Assembly (NCBI GenBank): GCA_000320545.1
Contig: ADNK01001197.1
Location: 1 to 64,000 of the forward strand
Reading direction: 5' to 3'
Length of the DNA stretch: 64,000 nucleotides
Origin: Bigelowiella natans CCMP2755
Taxonomy: Eukaryota > Protista > Cercozoa
The notes below the pieces were generated by a model. It did no database searches, was not told the origin of the DNA, and worked only from the letters and a program-made list of their open reading frames with translations. Below, in pieces: positions 11,001 through 25,860 of this stretch. The position numbers and the translations under genes are program-made. The first letter of the stretch is position 1. Every line of letters starts with the position of its first letter.

Positions 11001-14000
11001 GGGGCGGAAGCTCGGGCACGTAGTAGTGACACATGAAGCAGACTTGGCGCAGTACGGCTGGCCGTCTCTACCTTGGATCTCAGCTCCAACCACACCGCCT
11101 CTGCAACGCACAATACTCTCAGGGCAAACCGAAACTTCTGGAAGCGATAGCCTGGACTGCTCGTAGGGGTCTCCGCATTGCGATGCTGAAGAGACGCACT
11201 CGGAGGCTATCTGGCACCTCACAGGGTTGCTCGAGGTACAGGACACGATGGGCCCGCAGTTCCAAGGGGAAGACCTGCAAACCCCGTTCGGACACATAAA
11301 TGGCGTCGCTTGAGGGCAAGAGATGAAGTCGGGACAATCAATCGGATTTTTCCTGCAGGTGCCATCCCAGCATTGGTACGGTGCAGATTCCAAGCACGTA
11401 ACCGGTGTTCCACAGAAATCCTGAGAGGTACTATACGAGCCATCTGGGCATGCTATGTAAGCGCTTGACCAAGTTGTAGGAGGACTTGGACAGTCGTTGA
11501 CAGAAGCCGCGCATGATGAATCGATACATTTCACAGGGGCGTCGTCGGGGCAAACTAGGCCTTGTGGACAATCAGCCAAAGAATTCCGACACGACACACC
11601 AGTACCTGCCTGAGGGCACTGCAGGCTGAAGCCCATCGATGTGCAATCTACAGGTTGTTCTCCATTATCCTCGATACAAGTTTGCCTGCAGGTTCCGTCG
11701 ATGCAACGCTTGTGCGTGCCAGGGCAGGTGATAGTCGAAGGGCACAGTACTGAAGAATTTGCACAGCTACCGGAGGGGCAACGCACCTCGTGTGGTTGGC
11801 AAAGAACAAGGGAGCCATCGTTACATTTATCAGCTGTGTCCTTGCAAGAGTAATCCGAGCAACGCACAGGCGTAGTTGAAGGACATGCTGAGTAAGTTGG
11901 GCATTCGCTGATGCCATTCCTGCAACTGCCGTCAGGACATCTGTATTTGTCGCCGCAAGGCGTCGTGGTTTTGCAGTAGGACGAATTCGATTGGCAGCTT
12001 CCATCATTACACAGTACAGGGTGGGTTTCTGGACAAGTGATTCCAGTTGGACATGCCCTGTACGATAAATCAACACAAGTTCCATCTGGGCATCGCTTGC
12101 TTCCACTCGGACATGTTGTTTGCAAGTAGGTCTGTGAACACTCCGACTGGGTCGCTACGCATGCCCCGTCTTGGCAAAGCACAGAAAGTTGAGGAGGACA
12201 CGTCTTCTTTGTAGGACAGCTCAGCCAGTTTCGAGCACAACTTCCGTCTGGGCATTTTACCTGAGAAGCGCTGCAAGTTAAATTGGCGACAGGGCCGCAC
12301 TGAGTCACGTTTTGCGCACAAGCACCATCTTCACACTTGACGTAGTTTGGAGGGCAAACAACGCTTGATGGGCAATCTGCAGAATTTGCCACGCAAGTTC
12401 CATCGGGACACCTGAAGGTGTTCGTCAGATATCCTGCACATTCGTCCAGCTCGGGACAACTTGCCACGCTAGGCTGGCAAGAGCCATCAGGGCACACTAC
12501 ATATCCCGACAGTTGGCAAGTGGTTGGTGTGGGGCAATCGTTGATGTTGTTGGCACAACTTCCATCTGGACATTCATAGTTACTGCAAGAAGATCTGGTG
12601 AAGTTTTGGCAGCTTGCTCCAATGCGGGCACAAGAAAAGCCATCCGGACAAAGTTGGTAGCCATACGAGCACACTCTTGGAGAAGGGCAATCAGCGGCGC
12701 TAGCACGACAAACCCCGGTGCCTTGACAGAAATGGTAGTTCGTTGGGCAGCTATTTGCACTCTCCCCTGAGATGCAAGTCCCTGTAGCTTTGCACTCCCC
12801 TGTGGGGCACTTTTCCTGACCACTTGGGCATCCACAACTCTGAGAGCTGCTCTGGCAAGTGCCATCTGGACAGATAATTTGGTTGGCAGCGCAAGCTCCA
12901 GAAGCCTGGGCTTCTGCACAGCCAGTGAAGTAGTCTGCCACGCAAGTGCCATTTGCACATCTGTATGGTCTCGCTCCGCCGGTTTCCGCTGTGCATGTGG
13001 AAGGGTTGACTGTCAAAGTGGCAAGGGGCTTTCCGAGGAGGATGTTGGTCGTGGTTACCCCGCCGTCGGTGCTCTTGAACAAATTCACAGTCGGTGTGAA
13101 TGTTCCAGATTTGAAGAAAATGAATCTGAAAGTCACTTTACCCATACCAGCCGATACTTGAACTCCATCAATACGGTAAGTTCCAGTGTTCTCTGAGAAC
13201 GATAAAGTAGCATTCCAGTCGTTTACAGTGACATTATTCCCGTAGGTGTCAACTCCGATCAAAGTTACGGTCGAAAACTTGCCCGCTCTCACCGTTTGGA
13301 ACGGGGTTTGAGTGACATCAGCAATTGCACCGAAAGAAGCCTGGATCGACGTTTTCGAAGTTGTTGTGCCAGATTCGAGTATCAAAGAATCGGGAACTTG
13401 GTGCCCATCAATTGTGACGGTGAATGGATACGATCCGGTGACTGTTGTCTTGTAGACGATAGTTGTCGTGAGCAACCCAGCCCCAATAGTTTTCTCCCAA
13501 GCAGCCCCGTTCTGCGTGAAGCCTGACAAAGTGAGATTGAACTGGGACAGGCCCCCAACACTAACAAGTACGGAAGTACTTGTACTTGGATTGCCAAATT
13601 TATCTCTGAAGCTGAGAGTCAAGGTAGCTCCTTGGTTCACCTCTACGTCTGCAACCCCGGTGATCTGGGTGTTGTTAGGGGCCCATACGGCAGCGGTAGC
13701 TGTAATCGTTTGAATAGAGCCACAGACGATTGCCCCGTTGTACTGCACACCGAGGTAGTATGTATTCTTCGTAGTCGCCTTAAACATGATTTGATACTTA
13801 CCAGATCCCGAATAGGTAAGTGGGTACACCTCGATGTCGTTGGTTGGTGCGAGGAGTTCGTCAGTCGATGTATCGTCTGATGAGCATCCAGGATCTCCAG
13901 TGTAAGCAACCGCAGCCAAGGTACCGTAGCTTCCCAGTGCTTGATCGGCCGAGTTGCCGAACATGTCGTATGTCTGGAAGCTTATTCCTGATTCGGTATC

Positions 14001-17000
14001 GCCGGCGTTCAGAGTCGTAGCAGTAGCCGCATCCGGAGAATACTCGTAAGAAATCGTCGAGTTGTAAGGAATTTGGGAAGTTACGTTCATAGTCGTGGGA
14101 GTCTGTCCGGTGAAAATATTAGTGTCCCCAGAGAAAAACTCGAAGTAGTAAGTTCCCGTGGTGCACGTGCGGCAGAGGGACAAGCAGTTTGTTGGAGGTG
14201 CAGGGGTTGGGGATGCGGTTCCAGAAACGGAGCTAGGGGTTGGCGAGGCAGTATGCGTGCAGAAGCCTTCCAGAGTGAGCGCCCATCCACCAGATCCTTG
14301 GTAGAAAGCGGTACTCTGTGCTTTTGTCAAAGTAAGCACGGTGCTGGACTGCACACGCACTCGGAACAGGTTCTGTGCGGTCGTGTCAAAATCATAGGCA
14401 TTTCCGTACGTATCCTTCACAGCCATCGAGAAATAAATCTCATTTCCGGCAATTATGGAACTTGGAAGGCTGCTGACCGTGGACAGAGTTGGGGATATTG
14501 CCAAGCTATTCTGGTAGGTGACGTTCTGGGTACCTCCAAATTGAGTCCCGTCGAGTTTCACAACCATAGTGAAAGAGTCTGCCTTCTGCTCCTGTATAGC
14601 GGAAACGGTCAAGCAGTGTTCGGAGCCACTGGAGCCAACAACAGTAAGAGCACTGCTCAGAGTAAGAGGATTAGCCGTCGTCTGGTTGATGCCAGATGAA
14701 GGGTTGGCAGCAGCGAATTCAACAGTCAGTCTTGTCCGAGGCGATGGAGGCACAGCATTATTCGAGTACACATCTTTGAAGCACGCGACGAACGACAGAG
14801 TATCTCCAGCCCTGAGGGACGGGTTGGTGACACTGAGGGTGCTCGTCCCTGTGTCCGGAGCTGCGGCAACGACGATCATCTGGTACGTGGGTCCCACCTG
14901 GATGGTCCCGTCAGAACCCGACACCGATACTGAAAAGGTTTGTGTTCCAGCTGCGGTTGGAGTCAGGTTCATTTCCCAGTAGCCTTGAGACACGTTCAGA
15001 GTACCTGTCACTGCTGATTGCCCGGTGACGGTCGCAGAGACTGTAAGTGTACTATCTGTGATAGGTGCCAGATATGCGTCCTTCACGTACACCCAGAGCT
15101 TGATCACCGATCCAGCAACCACATTGTAGATGGTACTCCCTTGAGCACTGGAGATAAGATTTTCATTCGCAAAAACGATGGAAGCATAGTCAGAGGAGCC
15201 AACCTGGAACTGAGCTGGCGGGCCTGCGCTCACAACGATAGCATATCCGTTGTTAGGCGGCGCTGACTCTTCCAGTTCCAATCCGTCAAAGATGCGCAGA
15301 TTGTAGGTTCCCGCGTAGCTAAGCGTAAAATTGACTGTCACATCGGTGGACGATGGGGTTCCAGTTGTCATGACGAAGACTGGATCGGTTGGGGTTACAC
15401 CAGAAACGACCGTGTTGTTGTTCGTAATTGAGAACGTAAACGTGTCCAAATCCGTTGACCGAGCGACACCGCCGTCAGTTTTTGCATTGATGACGAAACT
15501 ATATTCAACCCCGCCTCTCATTGCAAATGGCCTAGAAGTAGCTACAATGGACTTTCCGTTGATAGCATTCGCTTGGACAACTTTCAAGGTGGTTTGCAAG
15601 AACTGCACTCCACCAAAAAGGGCGCTGACGCTGTATGATTCGGGGTACGTGCAATTCATGGGGAAAGTAAAGTTGTACAGCCCGTTGCTCAGGCTCGTGT
15701 GCGCCACAGTCTGGTTACATGCTGCCGAGGGGTTGATTCCATTAACGAAGATTTTAAAGTCAGAAGGTGTGCTCTCGGGCACAGTGTTTCCGTATTGGTC
15801 CAGCGCCTGGATGCGAACGCTGACAGTCGTGTCCTTCTGGGTCTGAACCCACCCTGGTGATGATATACGCACATATTTTTTTAATATTATTATTGGCCAG
15901 TTTATTCATTGCCGCACTCAATGTATTTCATTCGGGGTTTCAACAAAAATGAGGTTGTTCGAGCTCCCTCCTCTTCCTACTACTGCTTCTTCTTCTGCTA
16001 CTACTACTACTACTACGACAGCGACTGCTACTTGTCAAACTACCTGAGTCCTGAGTATAAACCTGTCCAGTTGTTGCAGCGCCAGGCGCAACGGTGACCG
16101 TATCAGACGCCTTATTGACTCCCCCAACTTGGTATGTTATCGTATGCGTCCCAGCTTGCGTGGTGGTGAACGAAGCATTATGAACTCCGTTATAGTAGCC
16201 GATAGAAGCGATGATCTGCTGAGTGTCCGGCAACTGCACCCTCACAGATATACCTGTAGCAAGCAGCAAAATGATGGCAACAATCAAATGTGAGTCGACT
16301 TGTTCACGCACTAGGCTGCAGGAGAATCAATCAAGCTAAGCTAGCATTATTCAGGGCATTGCAGGAAAGGAAGAGGAAGTAGAAACGTTAATACTGACTC
16401 GAGGATTGTTCATCTGTGACTTCGTTGCCGTAAACATCCGTCAAGGTGAGGGTGACGTAAGTCATGCCTCCGACCGTTACGGTTGGAGTGGTAGCAGCAG
16501 CGATATCGTTGACAGCGGCATTGCTCCAGGTATCGGTGAAACTTCCACTTACAACGTTCGTGGCAGATCCACCGGTGGGCTGAAATGTGATGCTGATGGC
16601 CACGCCAGAAGGATAAGTCGTCAGGTTTGTGAGGGTATATGTAAACGAGTACAATCCGCCGCTAAACTGCACAGAGGGTTTCGGAGTGAAAGCCGGAGTG
16701 AATTTGATATCCCAGGAACCAGCGCTGGACTCTTGCACGACAATGGTGTTATCGTGAATGTCGCGTGGTTCGATGTATATTGTGCGGTCGTTTCCTGCTA
16801 CAGTCGCAGCCGCCCCATTAGTCACGATGGAGCGTATGGAGGTTGTGCTCGCTGTCACAGTCAATGTAAAGGTTCCATCGGTTATATTTCCCACGAAGGA
16901 TCCACCTGAAGTGTAGAGTTTCGCAGTGACGGTGTACGTACCCATCTTATAGCGATGGTAGTCGCATTGGAAACGGTTCCCAGCCCAGGCGCATACGCAC

Positions 17001-20000
17001 TCGCTGCACAGAGTGTCGCCGCTCACTTCCGACATTGAGTACCTAAGCTGATAGTCCGTTGGGTCGGTGATGATCTGGTTGTTGGAGCTGTCCCGAGCAA
17101 TGACGTAGAAAGTACCATTCTCCGTAGACGTTAGAGTAGTCAATGGAGGGCTGCTTGCGTCAAAACCACAGTTGGGGAGGCTGAGAGGGCCAGCAACGAA
17201 TTGGATCGTTTGAGAGGACACATCAGTCCCTGAAGCAATCACGAATATGCGGATGACGAATCCTGCAGCGTTTGTGTACGGCGAGCTAATGTTGACACTG
17301 TACACTCTGGAGATAGAATCGTAAGCGGTGGTGACTGTTCCGGGAGGGCTGAAAGTGGTAGGGTCTGGTGACACGGAGACCCGGACAGAGGGGTTGGAAA
17401 GAGTCACCAAGTCCACGTGTATGTTGTTCATGTACGCATCTCTGAGAATGAAAGTTGCGGAGCTTGTGGAGCCGACGACGACATTCGTAGGAAACGTGTT
17501 GACGTTCGAATTGGGAACCGACACCTCAGTATTGGGAGAGACTGCAATAGGCACCGTGTTTAGACCAGAATTGATAGGCTGGTTTTCGAATCGTACAGCG
17601 AGTGTGTACGATCCTTCGATAGTTGCCGTAAATTGGATGGTGTAGTTTCCGTCGTTGGTATCAATTATAGTTGCCGTGAGGGAAGCTGTGCCCGTCAGAG
17701 TCGCAGACACCTTCGAAGCATCGCCCCCCGTCGTCACAGCGTTACCACACGAATCCCGCGCTAACATGATGTTCGCGCTGTTAGCAACACCAGCTGTGGC
17801 TGAGAAGGATTTGGTTCTGAAAGAAGAAAGCGTGGCGGAGGGCTGCACAACTTTGAAAGCCCAGTTGGATATGAGAATGGGTACCGCGTCGCTTCCTGTC
17901 GTACTTGCTGTAAAACCAACGTAAGCATCATTCGAAAACATGTCGAACTGGGAACTATCGATGGCGTACTCCAAACTCGGGGTCAGCTCGCCGTTTACAA
18001 ACACGTACATCCATCCAAGGCGTGTGGAGCTGGAGGTCAGCTGCTGCCCTGGAAGGTACTGAATGCGAATGGTATGACTTTGTCCAGGGGACATGTTAAT
18101 GGTTTTGGTTTGGTCGGTGTAAGAGTTGGAGCCTGTGGTTGTCTCAACAGCACTAATGGGCTGCCCTGCTCCAGAAGATCTATGGTACGATATGTGCGAC
18201 CAAGTCGGGTCCGATTCTGAGAGATCTTGAATTCCGTCGAATTCAATTGCAACAGCCGAGAGGATGCCTGTATTGTATGATTAGTATTGTCGTCAGTCCC
18301 CACATTGGTTGGCCGATGTCAATCAAAATCAGTGTGGAAAGGAAGCGCTGCGCATTGTCACTATTACTATATTTATAATTTATGACTGTGTATACAATAC
18401 CTTCATATCCCAAGGCGCTGGCAGCTCCTCCTCTCGCAGTGACTGAATCGTCTTGGATGATAAAAGCAAATCCGGCTACCTTGCAAGGCGTGGAAGCGCA
18501 GGTGCAGTCGCTACCTGTGCAGTCCGAAATGGTGAATGTGAACGAGGTTTCAAAGCCATCTCGCACGTGGAACTTTTGAGCGACATTGCCCTCAGCATAG
18601 TACAAGGCGGAGGATGATAGGAGGGAATTGGTCGTAAGACGTAGGGAGCTGCCAGTGATTCCAATCATACCAGCACCGTTCTGGGTATCGTACACGTTCG
18701 GGATTGGGTTAGTAGCCGGACCAAAGGTTGCAACCGAGAAGGTGTTGTTTGCTCCGCTCACAGCGTCACAGATACTACCACCCGGAATCTGCCACCGAAT
18801 CATTGGGTTGAATGTGCTTGAGCGATGCACGAAGAATATGCTTAGCGAGTAAGAATTGGACTCCGTGAGAGCCGGGCTGAAATCCGTATTTGAATTACCA
18901 GCGCCGCCAGCAATATGGGTAAGGGAGTGAAGATTGAGAGTCCTGGTCAATGGACTGGCCGAGTACCTTGTGTCCGCAAGCACCAATTTTCCATCGATAA
19001 AAACCCACAGGAAGTCGTTGGATTCGAACTCTAGGTTCGGAATGGTGGAGGTGTACGTGAAGTAGGTATTGACTTCGTAAGTGTAGAGCCCATTTGTGTT
19101 GGTTTCAGGTGAGCAGTTATTGATACTCGAGTCCCACCCAGCGCAGTTAACAGGATACCAAGGATTCAAGCTAGCTTCATACACCGACCCAGGCTGTCCA
19201 GCAGTTCCAGAAATGAAACCGAGAGTCACCGAAGTTGTCACACGTTGGCTGAACTGGGAGTCCGTGAACCAGTATCCAAATTTGGTGGCGTTGAGGTTGA
19301 ACGCTGCCTCGTCGATCCCCGGGTTGAAGTATTCGGGCTTCAAGGTTGAGGAACCAAGATTTCCGGTAACAAAGTTAGAAATTTCTCCACCTTTGAAAAC
19401 ACAGCAAACGATAGATACCTCAAATTTGGTGCAGACTAAGTGTTACTCAAAGAAGACTACTGCATCGTATAATTATTATTGTTATTATTACTATTATTAT
19501 TACTATCAATTACCTGCCGATGATGTGTCGAACCACATGCCGGTTGTCAACTCTTCATTGTTGGCCTTCCTGAAATCCCTGATGTAACCGCTGATGTAGA
19601 TATAGTCACGCTCCATCACTGTAATAGGGATACAGAAAGTGAGCGAGTTCGAAGGGTCATTTGGTGCTCCGACGTAAGATCCTACTGTTGAGGTCACTTG
19701 CAGACACAGATTTCTCGAAGTATCTCCTAGAGCTGGGGTATAGGAGAATTGAAGATCACAAAATTGCGTGGTTCCAGTACAAGTATGACTGGCTGTGGTA
19801 CGTGATGTGTACGGCCACACATATTGTATCCCTGTCAGCGATCCGGTTGGGGAATGTGCCCACACACTCAGCTGGATGCTCTGTCCAATCGACACTACTT
19901 GTGCGGTCGGGTTGAATATAGCTGTAGTTGACGTTGCAGTATAGGTCGCATCGATGGAGTCCCGGATCTCTACAAAGTAAGGGCTACTACCAGCAGCGTT

Positions 20001-20980
20001 GGTATTGACGTCAAAGACGATGTCAAGAACATTTGTGTTTCCATAATCATCCGTAGCAGTAAACTGCACCGCGTAGTACCCGTCGGCTGAGGGCGTCCAG
20101 GTCATCAAACCAGTCGCTACATTGATGATTGGACGGGTGTAGGTATTCCAAACATCACCGTTCTGCCGTAACCCGGAGTCGGTAAGACTTGTAAAGCTGA
20201 ACTCTAAAGCGCTATCATGAGGTGTTGAGCAAAGCTGGTTCAGGTTGAGAACTGAGGTAGGCGGATTGTTGGCATCAAAGCGCACAGCAAAAATGGGGAA
20301 TGCAGAGCAGTGGGGATTCTGGCGAACCCCAGCTCCTGTAACATGCTGGAGCATCACCACAGATTTGAGGATGAAATCCTCGCCATTCACGACATTCCTG
20401 ACACCTTGATACTGGCGACAGCAAGTTGAGTAACTGCCAAGCTGCTGCTGGGCTGCTGCATAGTTTTTAATCAGGACCCGTTCAGTCATATACCAGTTCT
20501 GCAGACCGGCAGAGATACTTGAACCGTCCGAATATGTACGAGTTTGAGTCGCACTGAGATCCTTTGGTGTGGAACCGTCGTAGTGGAAAGTGTAATAGTC
20601 TGGAGCAGCCGTCGGGCTATCCCCATCATTGTACTGAAATCGACCATTCCAAAGAGAGAATCTCCTGCACTGTGTCTGCTCGGGACAAATTTGGCCCTGA
20701 TAAATATCACAGAGTGAAAACTAATTGATACCATAAAAGGAACATCCTGCGCAACATGATAGTGTCTTACCTCCGGATCCACGCCAACATTCAGATACAT
20801 GTAAGAGAATAGCGTTGACCGGATAGCTTCGTAGAGATGGAAATGCACCTCTGTTGGTTTGTTGAGATCGGGTATTCTCCAATCGATAGCACCGAAACGG
20901 AGGTGCGTCCCGCATACTAGGTGAGAGCTCAGGAGAATGGTAAGGAGCAAGAGGCCTACCCTTTGACCCTTTGAAGCCAT
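8022..20980 (-). CDS. Giant (~4,100 aa, estimated) type-I membrane protein: signal peptide, Ig-like domain, fibro-slime/PA14, legume-type lectin, filamin/Ig repeats, long CxDGxC Cys-rich repeat region, single TM helix, charged cytoplasmic tail
   Basis: Signal peptide MASKGQRVGLLLLTILLSSHLVCG. Ig-like INVATGLMTWTP..GYYAVQFTATD. PA14/fibro-slime YIRDF and YTYEVNTYFTY..NDFLWVFIDGKLVL. L-lectin GFETSFTF, GFAFIIQ, VAIEFD, AYVGFTAST. Repeated (R/K)DxYGN filamin-like units. Dozens of CPDGxC motifs. TM WWPVVALGCIFFALVVVFLVYYCY followed by RKLRYR. About 6 exons, the last about 7.8 kb. Confidence 0.85.
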
Positions 20981-22179
20981 TCCCCCAACTCGCATCTGTT
21001 CGGTGGATTGCACTTCCAACTAATTACTGCTTCTATTTAGATCCTGCTGGCGCGTATGTATGTCTTTCGACTATGAAGTTTTCGCTTGCAGGGGGCGCTG
21101 GAAACCTACAATGCGAGATTGATGATATTAACTCAGTTGTAACAAGTCAAATCTGACATTAACGTGTTGTGTTGATTTATTCATGAAATCTATACATTCG
21201 TTAATGAAAATGTGGTTGCATAGCTTCCACCTGCCCAATTTTAATGCAAAATCTCCAGCAGGGTAAGTAAGTGAGGGAAGGGGCGAAAACGTCAGATTTG
21301 TTGTACTGAAGAACACACTTGTTTCAGCCCATTTGGTCCCAGAATCTATCCTAATAATTACCTTTTAGTCATAATTTTACCATTTATATATTGTCGTAAC
21401 TATATATTATAGCATATCCATGTAAACTACCTTCGTAGGATCCCAGATTCCGTTTTTACAACTATTTTTATCAATAATACTCCATAAATAAAATTCCTTT
21501 CAATAGGAAAATCATAGTTTATTGGTTTAACATTCTCATAAAATGAAGTTTTTTACATCAAAACCTATCTACTTGCTGAAATTGATATCCACCCTAATTC
21601 TGAAACAGTCACATTTCCGATAGGGAGCAGAAACAAACGATATCCAGAGAATCATGTTGTCGCATGTGTTAAATTACAAGTCGATTTTACAAAAAGTTAG
21701 GGAAGTGCGCACATTTCCACCACAATATCTCAAGGCTCTACAAGCGGCGATTCCTTGGAATTAAGACGTTTTTCGATGTAAATCCTGCAGATAAACCCCT
21801 CCTTTACCGAGCTATTTGCGTAAAATCTGTCCTCTCCCATCCTGACCAAAATCTGAGCCATCGTCCGTATTTAGAAATTATCTGAAACAGGGGATTTCGG
21901 GACACAAGCCTACCGGTAGCTCTCTCTCTCCACTCTCTCTCAAAAGATAACTGACTTGCTGCTGTCTGGGTTTATTTTTGGACAAAAACGGCTGGAAACA
22001 GAGATTTTTTTGGGTGTTTTGTGTCGGTTCGGCCAGCGCGTGTTTCCTCTCCCACTGCTGAGAGTCCTCCTTCTAAAGAAATGATAGTCACGTGTGGGAG
22101 CTGCTTCTTCTTCTTGTTGTGATGCACGTAATGGTAAAAGAGCACTGACAGCCGTCGGGTTGCGAGAAGGAAAGAGAAC

Positions 22180-25100
22180 ATGGGCGCGCTGGAGTCCTCG
22201 CTGGAGGCCCAGCGAGCCTTGGCGCTCCTAGATTCCGCGACAAAATCTTTCGATAAAGAACAAACTCCGTTTGTGATCTCGGGTGGCTATGTCAAGTCTC
22301 GTTTGGAGTCGACCTCGGACAATGCTGACAAAAAATATTCTCCCGCAGGTACGGTGGCAAATTTTGATATCAGATTCGAATCCAAACTTGAATGAATTGC
22401 TTGATGCTCTTTCGGCCGCATCTTAAGTGTTGATCGAATGTATCCGTATGCTAGGTGAAAACGATGACTGGGAGCTGCTTCCATCTGCTCAGCAATTTGC
22501 TGCCAGAAGCAAGGTGATCCGCAACTGCGGTGATCTCAACATTCTGTACTCCCCGAGACCGAGCGAGCAACGATTACATAACAACAACAAATCAAAGAAG
22601 TTAACCTGGAGGTCTCAAACTGGGGCCCGGGTTGAATTTCGAAGCGGGGGACAACATGCAGCTGACGCTTGGTTCTGGGTTTGCTCTAATGGGAAAGTTA
22701 TGGCATCCGTTCATTCAAGGGACAATGTTCCTCCGTATGAAGGCTGGCAAGATGTGCATGGAAACCCTATCGCTCTAAAACTTAGCGTGCCCATTCGGAG
22801 TTGTAGACGGTACTCAAACTTCCTTGGAAGAGCCTTGCTCCAAGTGAAAAAGGCTGGCGACCATATCGATAAGCAAAACAAATTTTTAGTTACTGCATTG
22901 CAGGCTAAGGCTAGGTACGCCATCCTACCATTTCTTGATCCTTCCCATCATCATCATCAACAACAACAACAACAACAGCATCATCATCATATGCCACGCT
23001 TAAAACTACAGGTGTGAGCTCCAGCTTCATGAAGCAAAAGATGCGATGGAGTGTTTGAGGAATTTAGTATCTCTCGACAACAACAATGCTAAAAAAGTAC
23101 TACGGGATGCCGATTGTCAAAGAGATATTGCTTCTGCTGTTGCTTGCGACGATGAAAAAAAAAACAAAATGGGCAATAATCACAATCTCCAAGAAGAGGA
23201 AGAAAAGGAGGGTTCTGCGACAGCTCCGACTGCTCCCATATTTTCTTCGGACACAGCATACACAAAAGATTTAGAGGATGCAATTGCTCGACTATCTTCA
23301 TGTGGAGTTGGTAAGTTGCGCTGTGTTTCTTCTTCTTACTTACTTACCTTTGATATTGTCCCTCATTCTGTTGCTGTAAGCATTCGTATCTGCTGCTGCT
23401 GATGCTGAGTACATTGTGTTTGTGTTTCGTAACATCAACCAGATCATGACTGGGATGACGTTCGTAACGCTAGACTGGTCCTTTCCAAAGTGCGCATTCG
23501 AATAGCTCTGCGTCGCAACCGCATTGAGTCCTTGACTGACGCATTGAAAGGAGCCTCCAAGTTGGGATTAACGTCGGAAAATTGCGAACTCGTCCAACTT
23601 GCAGAAGTGGGTGTGAGCGTGTGCTAACATTATGATATATTAAGCGGTAAAAATGAGATGAAAGAGATCTGCTCAGATGAAAATGATGACAATTATAATA
23701 ATAATAATAATAATAATGATGATGATGATATTTAATACAGTAGTAGTAACACGATTTTGTACATCACACAGGATTTGCGGCGCAACTTAGCTCGGTCAGC
23801 ATTAATGAGCGTTAGCACCTCCGAGACTGACCAAGTGGAGAAGATTGCTGCTTCTTCACTCTCCAATACGGCGCATATCTTATCTCAAATAGATCAGAAC
23901 ATCAAACAGGTGGTGCTATCAGTGCTAGTTGTAACAGCAGCAGCAGACGATATGAAAGGAAGAAAAGTCATTATCGTTTTCACCATGCCATTCCACAGAG
24001 CCTACTAATATGTGTAGATCGTGTCATTATCATTATCATCATCGTCGTCGTCGTATCTCTTTTCCACCATCAGGCACTTGAGTTTGGAGTACATCCAGAA
24101 AGCAAGGAAATTATGGGAACAATACAATTCAAGACGAGGGTGCTCAAAAAAATCGCTTTCATCGTCACAAGAAGAGGTCATCATATGAACTGAAATAACC
24201 AACACGTAGCGCACTTCTTCGTTAAAGAAAACCAAAGTTGTCTCAAAATCCGCAAATCCTTAATTCACATGCACTATTGCAGGAATTTTGGATGAAATTG
24301 TGCGCGTCATCGAGCTGTCGTTTCAACACAAAGTGGCAGAGAATTCAAAGGAGTTGAAGGATGCAATAGAAAAAAGAAAGGCTATTGCACGAGAGGCGCT
24401 GCGAGTCATTTCTATCCTAAGCAGGAATCTCAACAGCCATGAAATTCTAGGAATTTCTCAAAATAATGGCAGCATTTCTTCTTCTCATTTTTCTTCTTCT
24501 TCCGGTAGGATTTGTAACGTCGTCGCAAATGATGCTGTTTCTCTTTACGATACCTTGGCTGCTGGCGTATACTATGAAAGATGATTCATCACTTGAAAAC
24601 AACAACTCAGGTACTAGAGGGATATTCGAGCAGATAGACACGAATCTAAGACAAGCAGAACAAGCTGGATTGAATGGTTGCTCAGCTCACTTTTGCAATT
24701 ATTTCCAAGCATTCATTTTCACAGTTGTCCTTCTATATTTTTCTCCTACTGCTGCTAGCCTGACGGAAGGACTTTGTTTTATGGTAATAACAAACGGATC
24801 TGATGATAGTCCTTCGTTCTTTCCTTTTCTTTCCTACCACCACTTCCTCCTACATTGGTTCTGTATTTAAGCGGAAAACTGCCAGGAAGTGCGAGAGGCA
24901 TTGGAGGTAGTAGCAGTGGTAGTAGTAATAGTAGTAGTATTAGCATTAGGAGGTATGAATATATAGATAAGATCGGTAAAACAAGAGATTTAGAGAAAAA
25001 ATATGGCAATCGTAATGACGGGCTTTGCATGAAGATGTTCGTTTTTTGCATTTTATTTGTCGCAGAATAGTTGCTGCAACATATGTAACAAGCATGGCCT

Positions 25101-25827
25101 TAGGCCTTCGAAACCTAACTTTTCTGATAATATGGACTTCTGCTGAACATGCTTCCTTACACGTATGTGCGTGTTAGAGACAAATAGCACTCGCCCCCTT
25201 TTTTCTTCCTCCAACTACTTTCCACCACTATTTGTGTGCTAAGGCTAAAGTCAACCTGGTGAAACAGGCTCTGAAAGCTGCTACAGAATCAAAAGTAATC
25301 ACCAGAAGCAATAGTGATGAAGATGATGATGACGATGATGACGAGGATGATGACAATGATAATGATGGTTTATGTACGCTGGTCTCTCCACAAAGGTAAT
25401 CCGAGATATCGACGCTACGTTGCTTCTAGCACGTGAGTTCCATGTTGATATGGAGTCAAAAGAAGTCAAACAGGCTGTCAAAACCAAGGTCCTTCTCAGA
25501 CTCAAGCCGAAGCAAATGCGGATAAAGAAACAGCCTCCAACAAATGCTCTGGTATCATTTATGTATATCTTTATAAGCAAGCATGGATCATCATCTATGG
25601 CGTTCGAGGCCTTACTTGTGGCAGATACAACAGCATTAGCAGTAGCAATGGTGCTAGAGGGGGAGGGGGAAACAATGGCTAATGTCTCCTATTCTTCCTT
25701 CTCTCACTCTCTAGGTAGTGGAGGCTCTGTCGCGGCCTATGAATGTCATGTTGGAACAGAAGCGCGAAGAATTCTTCCAAAACGGGAAACATGTACAGTG
25801 TGTTGTCTGTAATGGTAAAGGCCGTCT

Positions 25828-25860
<33 letters not shown>

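Noticed and set aside
8231-19915. Numerous + strand ORFs of 60-208 aa
   Set aside because: Antisense shadows of the long coding exons of the giant - strand gene; no independent motifs.
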